Below, one piece after another: positions 1 through 9,228 of a stretch of 30,108 nt of DNA. A program made the translations under genes and the position numbers. Source of the DNA: Actinomycetota bacterium. GTDB lineage: Bacteria > Actinomycetota > Acidimicrobiia > Acidimicrobiales > CADCSY01. Each line of letters opens with the position of its first letter. Positions within the stretch are counted from its first letter, which is position 1. The notes beneath the pieces are model-generated. The model did not search any database and had not been told where the DNA came from. It worked only from the letters and a program-made list of their open reading frames with translations. The DNA lies in assembly GCA_016178435.1 (NCBI GenBank), contig JACOTK010000067.1:1-30108 (forward strand). Reading direction: 5' to 3'.

Positions 1-1
1 C

Positions 2-1039
2 GCAGCCACCTGTGCGGTTTCCCAGCGGGACATCAAGAAGGTTCTTGCCTACTCCACGGTGTCGCAACTGGGGTTCATGTTCCTCGCCGTCGGCTCGGGC
101 GCTTATGTGGCCGCCATCTTCCATATGGTGACCCATGCTTTCTTCAAGGCCTTGCTATTCCTGGGTGCGGGCTCGGTGATCCACGGCATGGATCACGAGC
201 AGGACATGCGTTTCATGGGCGGGCTGCGCAAGCTGATGCCGATCACCGGAGCCACGTTCATCGTCGGTTGGTTGGCGATCGCGGGCGTCCCACCCTTTGC
301 CGGGTTCTGGTCGAAGGACGAGATTCTTGCCGCGGCGTTCGACAAGAGTCCTGCGCTCTGGGTCATCGGCCTGGTGACGGCCGTTCTGACCGCCTACTAC
401 ATGAGTCGCATGGTCTTCATGGTGTTCTACGGTGACCTCGGCGCTCGGGCGCCCGAGGTGCACGAAGGCGCCGAGGACACGCATACCAACCACGACGGTC
501 ATGCGTCGGCGCCCCACGAGTCACCGTTGCTGATGTGGGTGCCGTTGGTGGTCCTTGCCATTGCCGCCGCCCTGGCAGGGGGTTTGAATCTGCCGGGGGT
601 CCTCACCCTCGAGCACTTCCTCGATCCCATCTTCCTCGGGCATGTTCACGAGCTGGACATCAGCGGAGCGGGGCAGGTGACTCTGGGGGCCCTTGCGGTG
701 ATCGGATCCGTGGTGGGCATCCTTGCAGCCCGTGCGTTCTACCTGCGTGGGGCCAAACCTGTCGAGGGCATCGAGCCGGAGCTATTGCGCCGGGCCTGGT
801 TGGTCGACGAGGGCATGGCGGCGTTCTTCGGCGGCCCGGGCCGTGCCATCGCGCAAGCTGCGGCAGACGTGGATCGCGAGGTTGTCGACGGGGCGGTCAA
901 CGGTGTGGCCGTGGCCGTACGCGAGGCAGGGACCCAACTGCGGCAGGTTCAGACCGGGAACGTGCGTCAGTATGCGCTCGGCATGGCAGGTGGCGCTGCG
1001 CTCCTGCTCGGTTTCTTCTTTCTGAGGATGGGCTCGTGA
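2..1039 (+). CDS. nuoL: NADH-quinone oxidoreductase subunit L, first cluster (5' end outside the window)
   Basis: Frame is open from base 2: QRDIKKVLAYSTVSQLGFMF, HAFFKALLFLGAGSVIH, GFWSKDEIL and C-terminal QTGNVRQYA are NuoL/ND5 motifs. Confidence 0.97.
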   Translation, partial: AATCAVSQRDIKKVLAYSTVSQLGFMFLAVGSGAYVAAIFHMVTHAFFKALLFLGAGSVIHGMDHEQDMRFMGGLRKLMPITGATFIVGWLAIAGVPPFAGFWSKDEILAAAFDKSPALWVIGLVTAVLTAYYMSRMVFMVFYGDLGARAPEVHEGAEDTHTNHDGHASAPHESPLLMWVPLVVLAIAAALAGGLNLPGVLTLEHFLDPIFLGHVHELDISGAGQVTLGALAVIGSVVGILAARAFYLRGAKPVEGIEPELLRRAWLVDEGMAAFFGGPGRAIAQAAADVDREVVDGAVNGVAVAVREAGTQLRQVQTGNVRQYALGMAGGAALLLGFFFLRMGS

Positions 1040-2673
1040 ACGTGCTTCCGGTGCTGTCAACCCTTGCCACGGAAACCACGGGCGATGCGGCCGGCGGGAC
1101 CGGCTTTCCACTGCTCACCGGCCTGGTGGTGCTCCCGGTGATCGGCGCTCTTCTTGTCGCGATCGCACCGCGCGGGCGCGGCGAACTCGCCCGCCTGATC
1201 GGGCTGCTGACGACGGTTTCGGTTGGAGCGATCGGCCTCTACCTGTTGACGCAGTTCGACGCGGCCGATGCCGGGTTCCAGTTCACGACGCAACACATCT
1301 GGATCGAGCAACTCGGGATCTCGTGGCATCTCGGCGTTGACGGCATCTCCTTGTTCCTGGTGATCCTGACCGGACTGCTGTTTCCGTTGGTGATGGTGGG
1401 TGTGACCCCGCACCACGATCCGAAGCCCTACACGGCGTGGTTGCTTCTGCTCGAAGCCGGCTGCATGGGCGTCTTTCTGTCGCTGGATCTCTTCCTGTTC
1501 TTCGTGGCCTTCGAGATCGTGCTTGTGCCGATGTACTTCCTGATCGGCGGCTGGGGCTACAGCGAGCGTGTCTACGCGGCGCTGAAGTTCTTTCTCTTCA
1601 CCATGGCCGGGTCCGCACTGATGCTGGTTGGCATCCTGACCCTGGTTTTCCTTCACCAGAAGGCCACCGGCGTTCTCACCTTCGATCTCGTCACCCTCGC
1701 TGATTCCCAGTCGGTGGCAGAGGGAACGGCGCGTTGGCTCTTTCTGGCATTCGCCCTGGCATTCGCCGTCAAGGTCCCGATCTTCCCGTTGCACACGTGG
1801 CTGCCCGATGCCCATACCCAGGCGCCGACGGGAGCGTCGGTCATCCTCGCGGGCGTCATGCTCAAGCTCGGCACCTACGGACTACTGCGTTTCGGCCTGT
1901 ATCTGTTCCCCGAGGCGGCATCGCATTTCGCGCCTCTGCTCGTCACCCTTGGTGTCATCGGCATCATCTACGGGGCAGTGGTCGCAGCGATGCAACGCGA
2001 CCTGAAACGGCTCGTGGCCTACTCGTCGGTCGCCCACTTGGGTTTCATCGTCCTCGGGACCTTCGCCTTCACCACGCAGGGACTCGAGGGCGGCATTCTG
2101 CAGATGGTCAACCACGGAATTTCGACGGGAGCACTGTTCCTGTTGGTCGGCATGATCTATGAGCGGCGACACACTCGAGAGATCTCCGAGTTGCACGGCC
2201 TGCAGAAGGCAGCGCCGGTCCTCGCCGTCGTGTTCACGGTGGTGATGTTCAGCTCCATCGGTCTGCCCGGCCTGAACGGTTTCGTCGGCGAGTTCCTCAT
2301 TCTGATCGGCAGTTTCCTGACCCGCCGTTGGTGGGCCATCGCAGCAGCCAGTGGGGTGATCCTTGCGGCGCTGTATCTGCTGTGGGCCTATCAGCGGGTG
2401 TTCCACGGCGAGCCCGAGGGGGAGAATGCCACGATGCCCGACCTCACCTGGCGGGAGGGTTTCGTGCTGGCTCCGCTCCTGGTGGCGATCGTGGGCCTGG
2501 GCGTGTATCCCAAGCCGATGCTCGAACGGATTGAGCCGGCCGTGGAGCGATTGATCAGCCACGTTGAGGACAACAGTGATTTCGATCGCCCGGCAGCGGA
2601 GTCCACAAGGCCGACAGGCGCCTCGGTGTCCGAGCGCACCCTGCATGAACGCATGGGAGGAAACGGCCGATGA
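1036..2673 (+). CDS. nuoM: NADH-quinone oxidoreductase subunit M, first cluster
   Basis: GTG at 1036 overlaps the nuoL stop (GTGA). Motifs HLGVDGISL, FEIVLVPMYFLIG, KVPIFPLHTWLPDAHTQAP, LKRLVAYSSVAHLG, PGLNGFVGEF. The upstream part of the 535 ORF is a GC-rich shadow of nuoL. Confidence 0.96.
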   Translation: MNVLPVLSTLATETTGDAAGGTGFPLLTGLVVLPVIGALLVAIAPRGRGELARLIGLLTTVSVGAIGLYLLTQFDAADAGFQFTTQHIWIEQLGISWHLGVDGISLFLVILTGLLFPLVMVGVTPHHDPKPYTAWLLLLEAGCMGVFLSLDLFLFFVAFEIVLVPMYFLIGGWGYSERVYAALKFFLFTMAGSALMLVGILTLVFLHQKATGVLTFDLVTLADSQSVAEGTARWLFLAFALAFAVKVPIFPLHTWLPDAHTQAPTGASVILAGVMLKLGTYGLLRFGLYLFPEAASHFAPLLVTLGVIGIIYGAVVAAMQRDLKRLVAYSSVAHLGFIVLGTFAFTTQGLEGGILQMVNHGISTGALFLLVGMIYERRHTREISELHGLQKAAPVLAVVFTVVMFSSIGLPGLNGFVGEFLILIGSFLTRRWWAIAAASGVILAALYLLWAYQRVFHGEPEGENATMPDLTWREGFVLAPLLVAIVGLGVYPKPMLERIEPAVERLISHVEDNSDFDRPAAESTRPTGASVSERTLHERMGGNGR

Positions 2674-4214
2674 TCGCCGGCATGTTCGCCCAACTCGGCG
2701 TCCCGACCGACGCCCCTTTCGCTGTGCCTGAGGTGGCCTGGTCGGCGCTCACCCCGCTTCTCATCCTCATCGTCGGAGCACTGGCCCTGCTGGTGGTCAC
2801 CGCTCTCGTGCCGCGGACGTTGCCCGTCGGGTTCTTCACGGTCACCACGGTGGCCGTTGCCGCCGGCGCGGCAGTCGCCTCTTTGGGTTCGTGGGATCGC
2901 GTGACCGACCCCGATCGGGGCCCTTACATGGCGGTTGCCGGCGCGATCACCCTCGATGGATTCTCCGTGTTGGTGACCGCGCTCCTGGCCATCACTGTGG
3001 TCCTGGTCGCTCTCCTCGCCGATGGCTATCTGCGTCGAGAAGGCCTCGGCGCGGCGGAGTTCTCGGTGCTCGTGCTGCTCTCGGCATCGGGCGGGGTGAT
3101 GATGGCGCTGGCCAACGACCTCATCGTCATGTTCCTCGGCCTGGAGGTGCTTTCGATAGCGCTGTACGTGCTTGCAGGCTTCCAGGGCGACCGTCGCGAG
3201 TCGCAGGAGTCGGCGATGAAGTACTTCCTCCTCGGCGCCTTTGCCTCGGCCTTCCTGTTGTACGGCATCGCGTTGGTCTACGGCGCGACCGGTTCGACGA
3301 ATCTCGGCGAGATCGCCGGTTTCCTGGCTCGTGACGTACCGAGTGAACAGGGTCTGCTGCTCGGCGGCATGGCCATGTTGATCGTGGGCTTCGGCTTCAA
3401 GATCGGGGTGGTGCCCTTCCAGAGCTGGGTTCCCGACGTCTACCAGGGCGCGCCGACTCCGGTGACGGCTTTCATGGCCTCCGGGGTCAAGGTTGCCGGA
3501 TTTGCTGCGCTCCTGCGGGTGATCGTCTCGGCGCTGTCGGTTCAGGCTCAGGATTGGCGGCCGGTCATGTGGGTTCTCGCGATGCTCACCCTGGTGGTCG
3601 GACCCGCGATGGCCATCGTTCAGACCGATGTGAAGCGGATGCTTGCCTACAGCTCGATCAGCCACGCGGGGTTCATCCTGATCGGCGTGCAGGCTGCATC
3701 CGACCGGGGAACCGCCGGCGCCTTGTTCTATCTGTTCGCTTATTCCTTCATGGCCCTGGGGGCCTTTGGCGTGGTCAGTCTCGTCGCACGACAGGGCGAC
3801 GTCGGCGTGGACCTCGACCGGTTTCGGGGACTGTCGAAACGTCGACCCGGCCTCGCGCTCGTGTTCGCCGTCTTTCTTCTGGGCCAGACGGGGGTACCCC
3901 TGACGTCGGGCTTCATGGCCAAGTTCTCGGTCATCGGTGCAGCGGTCGCCTCCGAGAGTTATGCCCTTGCGATGGTTGCGATGCTCACCTCGGTGGTCGG
4001 GGCGTTCGCCTACCTGCGGGTGATCGTGGCGATGTACCTCGGTGACGACGAGGAGATGGCGGAAGAGGGCACCAGGCGCGTTCAGATCCCTGCAGCAGCC
4101 GGACTGGCGCTGGGGCTCGCCCTTGCCGTCACCGTCACCCTCGGTGTGTTGCCCTCCACCGTCCTCGATGCGGCCCGTGACGCGGTGCCCGCTCGCCTCA
4201 GTCCCAGCCGTTAG
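2670..4214 (+). CDS. nuoN: NADH-quinone oxidoreductase subunit N, first cluster
   Basis: ATGA overlap with nuoM. Motifs LGLEVLSIALY, ESAMKYFLLG, FKIGVVPFQSWVPDVYQGAPTP, KRMLAYSSISHAG. Confidence 0.96.
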   Translation: MIAGMFAQLGVPTDAPFAVPEVAWSALTPLLILIVGALALLVVTALVPRTLPVGFFTVTTVAVAAGAAVASLGSWDRVTDPDRGPYMAVAGAITLDGFSVLVTALLAITVVLVALLADGYLRREGLGAAEFSVLVLLSASGGVMMALANDLIVMFLGLEVLSIALYVLAGFQGDRRESQESAMKYFLLGAFASAFLLYGIALVYGATGSTNLGEIAGFLARDVPSEQGLLLGGMAMLIVGFGFKIGVVPFQSWVPDVYQGAPTPVTAFMASGVKVAGFAALLRVIVSALSVQAQDWRPVMWVLAMLTLVVGPAMAIVQTDVKRMLAYSSISHAGFILIGVQAASDRGTAGALFYLFAYSFMALGAFGVVSLVARQGDVGVDLDRFRGLSKRRPGLALVFAVFLLGQTGVPLTSGFMAKFSVIGAAVASESYALAMVAMLTSVVGAFAYLRVIVAMYLGDDEEMAEEGTRRVQIPAAAGLALGLALAVTVTLGVLPSTVLDAARDAVPARLSPSR

Positions 4215-4262
4215 GGTTCGAGCCCCGAGGACCTCCGGTCCGGTTGTCCGGTAGGGGGTGTC

Positions 4263-7200
4263 TCAGTTGTGGTTGTCCGATTGGATGGTTCCCACGTCTC
4301 GCACATGGCGGGAGGGCGTCTTACCGGTCAAGGTCAGGTCCAACAGGTTGACCGGCATGGGTCGGGCGAAGAGGTAACCCTGACCGAGGACACAACCGAG
4401 TCCCTGGAGGATTTCGAGCTGCTCGGGTGTCTCGATGCCCTCGGCCAGAGGATGGGCGCGCATCTGGTGCGCAAGCTCGATGATCGAGGTGATCAACCGC
4501 AGATCGGGCGCCGGTCCCTGCAATGCGTGAACGAAGCTCTTGTCGATCTTGATCACGTCGAAGGGAAATTGCTGCAGGTAGCCGAGAGAGGAATACCCGG
4601 TCCCGAAGTCGTCGACACCCACCATGACCCCAGCCGTTCGCAGATCCCTCAGGGTCTGCTCGTTGTTCGTCCCGTCGACCATGGTGCGTTCGGTGACCTC
4701 CAGGTGGAGACACGTCGGTTCGAGGCCGAATCGATCAAGGGCATCGAGGACATCGGCCGCAAATGTCTCGTCCAACTGCCCCGCCGCGACATTGACCGCC
4801 ACCGAGGACGGTGCGGCTTCTCCCAGCTCCAGTTGCCACGAACGAAGCTGTTGGCAGGCCTCCTCCAACACCCACCGCCCGAGAGGTACCACGAGACCGG
4901 TTTCCTCGGCGAGTGAGATGAAGCCATCGGGCATGAGCAGTCCACGTTCGGGATGTTGCCAGCGCACGAGTGCCTCGACCCCCACGATATCGAGGGTCGT
5001 CAGTGACACGATCGGTTGGTAGTGGAGTACGAGTTGGTGGTTGCTGATGGCGCCCTCCAGCGCACTGCGCAGAGCCAGGTGTTCGAAGACCTGGGCACGG
5101 AGATCCTCCTCGAAGACCTGGCTCTGCGCCTTGCCCTTCTCCTTGGCAAGGTAGAGCGCCATGTCCGCGTTGCGCATCAGCTTCTCGGGCAGGACCTCCT
5201 CACGGTGCCGGGCGTTGGCCACGCCGATGCTTGCGGTCACGACAATGTGGTGACCGTTGATCGTGACCGGTTCGGCGATGACGGCGTGAATGCGATCCGT
5301 CACCGAAAGGACCTCCTGTTCGGTGGCGGACTGGTGCAGGAGAACGGCAAACTCATCGCTTCCGAGACGAACCGCGATGTCATGGGTGCGCAGGCATGAA
5401 CGAAGGCGATCAGCGGTGATCCTGAGCAGGCGGTCGCCGATACTGTGTCCGAGCTGCTCGTTGATCGCCTTGAAGTCGTCGAGATCTACCACCAGCACGA
5501 CCAGTGCTTCCAGGTCCTCGTCGGTCCAGGTAAGCGCCTCACCGAGTTGCTCGACGAACATGGTTCGATTTCCGAGGCCGGTCAGCGTGTCATGCCGGGA
5601 CTGGTAGGCAAGATCGTCCTCGAGCACTCTGTTGACCGTCACGTCGCGCGCGTTGATGACGAGTCCATTGACGGCAGGTTCATCACGCAGGTCGGTGACC
5701 ACCAGGTCGATGGCCCTCGGTCGGTTGTGCTGGTCGACGAAGCGCACCTCTGTCGAGAAGCTCTCGGTTGACCCGGAAAGGAGTGCGGCCCAGTCACCTT
5801 CGAGTCTGCTGCTCTCTTCGACGGGGAGCATGGTGAAGAGATCGCCCCCCAGGAGCTCCTCGGACTGGTAATGGAGCACCTTGGTCACCGACGGGCTGAC
5901 ATAGGTGATGATGCCCGTCGGGTTCACGATCGCCACGACATCACTGGAGTTCTGCACCAAGGCACGAAAGCGCGCTTCGCTGTGTGCGAGCTGCTCCTCG
6001 GCGTGCTTGCGTTCGGTGACGTTGCGGGCATTGATGAGTATGCCCCTGATGTCGGCCTGATCGGTCATGTTCGAGGCGATGAGCTCAAAAGGAAGGTATG
6101 ACCCATCTGCCAGACTGATGCGTGCCTCGGCCGATGATGTCGTTCCGACCGCTGCCCTCACCTCCACCATCATCTCCTGTACCCGCCGAAGATCGTCGGG
6201 GTGAACGAGATCGGCGCCCGGCATCGCCGTCAGTGCTTCCTCGCTGAAGCCGAGCAGGTGTTGAGCGGCAGGGCTCATGAAGGAGAACCCTCCGGTCTGG
6301 CCGGCAACGCAGACGATGTCCGAGCTGTGCTCGATCAGGGCTCGGAACCGTCGTTCGTCCTCCCGTCGGTGCAGATCGCGGGCCAGCAGGGCGCTCTCCA
6401 TGGCAAGTGAGACCTCGGACGACAGTGCCTCGAGACTCCGCAACACGGGGGTCGGGATGTCGGCTGGACTGGAGACGATCAGGATTCCTCGGAGATCCCC
6501 CTGGGTGCCCAGGGGCATCAGGGCGGTACTGATGGTGCCGCTCTGCACACCGATGATGGCACGTCTCGGGAGGTCGACGGGGGGGGATGCCGGGACGTAC
6601 ACAAGTTGTCGTTGGCGGATGCCGTCCAGAAATGGCGGGGCGAGATCACTGGTTCGAACCACGGTGCCGGTCGCCTCGAGTGCTTGACTCCCCGTGGCCG
6701 CAATGACGGTCATGGACTCCTCGGGTCCGATGGCAAGGCTTACCCGTATCGTCCTCTCGTTTCCCATCAGTGCCGTGGCGGCGGTGATCGCTCCGACATG
6801 GATCTCCTCATCGGTGGTGGCGGCGACCAGGGTCAATCCGGCCTCGTGCAGCGCCCGCTCCCTCAGAGCGATCTCCTCGGTTGCCCTGACGAGCTCGACG
6901 AGCCGTGCCACGACGAGTCCGGAAAGCACCACAGAGGCGGTGACGATGACGGGCAGGTCAACGGTGAGGTCGCGAGCGATCTCGAAGACGAGGACGGCCG
7001 GGGTCACGAGCAGGGGGGCTGCCAACATCGCCACACGACGAAATCGCAACGTCTGGGTCTGCCGGGGGGGCGAGTCGGTGAGCACTTTTGCCGAGGGGTG
7101 CAGGATGCCGACGGCTCCCAGGACGTAGGAAAGCGACGATATCGGAGCGATGAAGCCCCCCTCGTAGATGCCGGCCGTCGACATGGTGAGCAGGAGATCC

Positions 7201-7799
7201 GAGATGAAGATCGCAGCAAAGGATCCAACGAGAAAATAGAAGCTGGGATTGCGCCAACCGGGACCGATGATCAGGAAGACGATGGCGGTGAGGAGAGCCA
7301 GGGTGAGCCCTGAGTATCCGGTATTGACCAAACGATCCGCAAGAGGGACTGTCGTATCGCGCACATAAGGTGAAAGCAGGGCCGCCCACGCGACAACGCC
7401 GAGACTGGAACTGATCAGAAGCGAATCATAAAGATGCGCACGTTCCAGTTTCCTTGTCCGCATCCGTACCAGGCGGATTGTGCCTATGAAGAGGCACAGA
7501 TAACCGGCAATAAAGAAGAAATCTGCCGGCGAGGGGAAACGGAGATCATCAATCGTTGGACTCAAGATGCCCAGCAGGATGTTTCCGCTGATGATCAAGG
7601 CGCCGCCGGACCCAAACCATGACCATGCCTCCTTGCCGGGGCGGTCCATTGTGCGCGCGCATCGAAACACGGTCGCCACGGCAACCGTGCCGATCGCCAG
7701 GGTGAGAACCTCAGCTGCCTCCTCGGTCAGGAACAGGGCGAGGACGACAAAGGCGAGACCCAGCGCCAAGAATTGTCTCCAGGTCGGTTCGATCGCCAT
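4263..7799 (-). CDS. Membrane-anchored GAF-like/PAS/PAS/GGDEF/EAL c-di-GMP signalling protein
   Basis: N-terminal multi-TM sensor region (FPSPADFFFIAGY), two PAS repeats (RFRALIEHSSDIV, RFRALVQNSSDVV), GGDEF domain with GSDEF and an RTHD I-site, EAL domain with EALVRW, LEVTE, DDFGTGYSSL, IKIDKSFV, AEGIE, QGY. ATG 7799 has GAGGG upstream; the alternative start is GTG 7877. Confidence 0.95.
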   Translation of the reverse strand: MAIEPTWRQFLALGLAFVVLALFLTEEAAEVLTLAIGTVAVATVFRCARTMDRPGKEAWSWFGSGGALIISGNILLGILSPTIDDLRFPSPADFFFIAGYLCLFIGTIRLVRMRTRKLERAHLYDSLLISSSLGVVAWAALLSPYVRDTTVPLADRLVNTGYSGLTLALLTAIVFLIIGPGWRNPSFYFLVGSFAAIFISDLLLTMSTAGIYEGGFIAPISSLSYVLGAVGILHPSAKVLTDSPPRQTQTLRFRRVAMLAAPLLVTPAVLVFEIARDLTVDLPVIVTASVVLSGLVVARLVELVRATEEIALRERALHEAGLTLVAATTDEEIHVGAITAATALMGNERTIRVSLAIGPEESMTVIAATGSQALEATGTVVRTSDLAPPFLDGIRQRQLVYVPASPPVDLPRRAIIGVQSGTISTALMPLGTQGDLRGILIVSSPADIPTPVLRSLEALSSEVSLAMESALLARDLHRREDERRFRALIEHSSDIVCVAGQTGGFSFMSPAAQHLLGFSEEALTAMPGADLVHPDDLRRVQEMMVEVRAAVGTTSSAEARISLADGSYLPFELIASNMTDQADIRGILINARNVTERKHAEEQLAHSEARFRALVQNSSDVVAIVNPTGIITYVSPSVTKVLHYQSEELLGGDLFTMLPVEESSRLEGDWAALLSGSTESFSTEVRFVDQHNRPRAIDLVVTDLRDEPAVNGLVINARDVTVNRVLEDDLAYQSRHDTLTGLGNRTMFVEQLGEALTWTDEDLEALVVLVVDLDDFKAINEQLGHSIGDRLLRITADRLRSCLRTHDIAVRLGSDEFAVLLHQSATEQEVLSVTDRIHAVIAEPVTINGHHIVVTASIGVANARHREEVLPEKLMRNADMALYLAKEKGKAQSQVFEEDLRAQVFEHLALRSALEGAISNHQLVLHYQPIVSLTTLDIVGVEALVRWQHPERGLLMPDGFISLAEETGLVVPLGRWVLEEACQQLRSWQLELGEAAPSSVAVNVAAGQLDETFAADVLDALDRFGLEPTCLHLEVTERTMVDGTNNEQTLRDLRTAGVMVGVDDFGTGYSSLGYLQQFPFDVIKIDKSFVHALQGPAPDLRLITSIIELAHQMRAHPLAEGIETPEQLEILQGLGCVLGQGYLFARPMPVNLLDLTLTGKTPSRHVRDVGTIQSDNHN

Positions 7800-8006
7800 G
7801 GGTCGCCCTCGTCCAGATGTCCTGTGGAAGTGCAGATTCTCGGCCCGCTGAGGACTGCGACGGCGATTCCTGAACACAACGGCAACACGATGCTAACGGG
7901 TTGACCATCGGAAACACACCATTTCGCTCAATTCGTAGCCATCTACCTACGCTGGGTCTCAAGAAGTCGGTCGGTCGCCGAGACCCTGACGACACCGGGT
8001 GCTCTA

Positions 8007-8495
8007 CTACCAGGAAGCCGTGTCGTACACCGCTGCCACAAGCGCACACACGGGCTGATCCCGACAGGCCACCCCCTCGACGCGGAGTTGTGGAGGGCCG
8101 AAGCTCGATGTCGGGCGCCCGGCAGACATCGCGGCGAGGCTGGCCTCGATGTCGCTTTCCACCTGCTGACGACTGGTTCCATCGTGCTCGACGAACAGTC
8201 CTTTGCCTGAACCGGGTTCCTGTACCCAGCCGATGCCCGCAAAGCCATGGTGGGCCGGCGTGGTGACGCGCGTCTGGGCCATCACCAGGTACAGGCGGTC
8301 ACCCCACCTTCCCGGGAGCGTAGCGGGCTCGTCATTCGAGATGATCTCGGAGTGGGCGGGGATGATGGAGCTGAGTTGCAGCAAATTGTAGTTGGCGATC
8401 GACGCGTCACGGAGCGCTGCATCAAAAGCAGCGATGGCCGTGGGTCCGGTCCCGACACCTGAGACAATCTTGATGGACAAACGCCTGCAGTGCAT
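8007..8495 (-). CDS. pdaD: Pyruvoyl-dependent arginine decarboxylase (PdaD/PvlArgDC family)
   Basis: SGVGTGPTAIAAFDAALRDASIANYNLLQLSSIIP with the Ser-Ser self-cleavage site (S42-S43), the conserved Asn, GLFVE with the catalytic-type Glu, and C-terminal CALVAAVY. Substrate is inferred from family membership. Confidence 0.88.
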   Translation of the reverse strand: MHCRRLSIKIVSGVGTGPTAIAAFDAALRDASIANYNLLQLSSIIPAHSEIISNDEPATLPGRWGDRLYLVMAQTRVTTPAHHGFAGIGWVQEPGSGKGLFVEHDGTSRQQVESDIEASLAAMSAGRPTSSFGPPQLRVEGVACRDQPVCALVAAVYDTASW

Positions 8496-8505
8496 GAAGC
8501 GCTAC

Positions 8506-9141
8506 CTACGAGTCTGCTATTCGGTGCTCGAGCTCCGGCTCATCATGAAGCTCCGCTGGATGGTCGCGGAGATCAATGACGTCCTCTGGGAGCTCGCTCA
8601 GTGTGACGGCGTAATAGTGCTGGCAATCGATTTCATCGATCTGTACATGAGCGACCTCTCTGGCGATCGCTGTTACGAGATCGGGCAGGCCAACTTCGTT
8701 CACGTTGTAGGCGCAACAGTCGAAAGCGGTCATGCCCCGGTTGTTCATAATGAAGCCGGCGATCTCGTGGAGCATGGCTCGAACCCAGGGCCCGCCCTGT
8801 ACGTCGGGTCGGACGAGGAGCGCACTGATGTAGTAGATGACACCTCGGTCGTAGTGGTCGGGGAAGTGATGTCGGTAATAGGTGGGGTTGATCCAGGGAA
8901 GGGTCGCGAGCTCGGTGGCCAACGTGGCGAGGGCACAGGGCCGCCCGTGCTCATCCCTCCCGATGAACTTGACGACAGCGTCGGATGCCATCTCGTGTCG
9001 GAACTCGTCGTCGGTGAACCACTGTCGAATCGCACTGCGGGTGGCGAGCGGAGCAAAGGACTGACGGTAGAGATCCAGGAAGGGCTCGACGGCGTCCTGA
9101 TCGACATGGCGATCGATCGTGATCGACAGCGCGTCGTTCAT
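8506..9141 (-). CDS. GNAT-fold hypothetical protein (putative acyltransferase)
   Basis: 211 aa from ATG 9141 (MNDALSITIDRHV). YYISALLVRPDVQGG resembles GNAT motif A (acyl-CoA binding). The 9369 extension only translates repeats. It ends 10 nt before the pdaD start. Confidence 0.7.
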   Translation of the reverse strand: MNDALSITIDRHVDQDAVEPFLDLYRQSFAPLATRSAIRQWFTDDEFRHEMASDAVVKFIGRDEHGRPCALATLATELATLPWINPTYYRHHFPDHYDRGVIYYISALLVRPDVQGGPWVRAMLHEIAGFIMNNRGMTAFDCCAYNVNEVGLPDLVTAIAREVAHVQIDEIDCQHYYAVTLSELPEDVIDLRDHPAELHDEPELEHRIADS

Positions 9142-9194
9142 GATCGTCCGATGAGCGACAGCGGGGGGTGCATCATGACCGTCCGATGAGCGAC
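9138..9194. repeat. 22-bp direct repeat, 2 copies, 35-bp period
   Basis: TCATGA[T/C]CGTCCGATGAGCGAC at 9138-9159 and 9173-9194, one mismatch. Confidence 0.9.
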
Positions 9195-9228
9195 GACTGG
9201 GGAGTTGGGTGTGACCGTTCGGTTGTGT

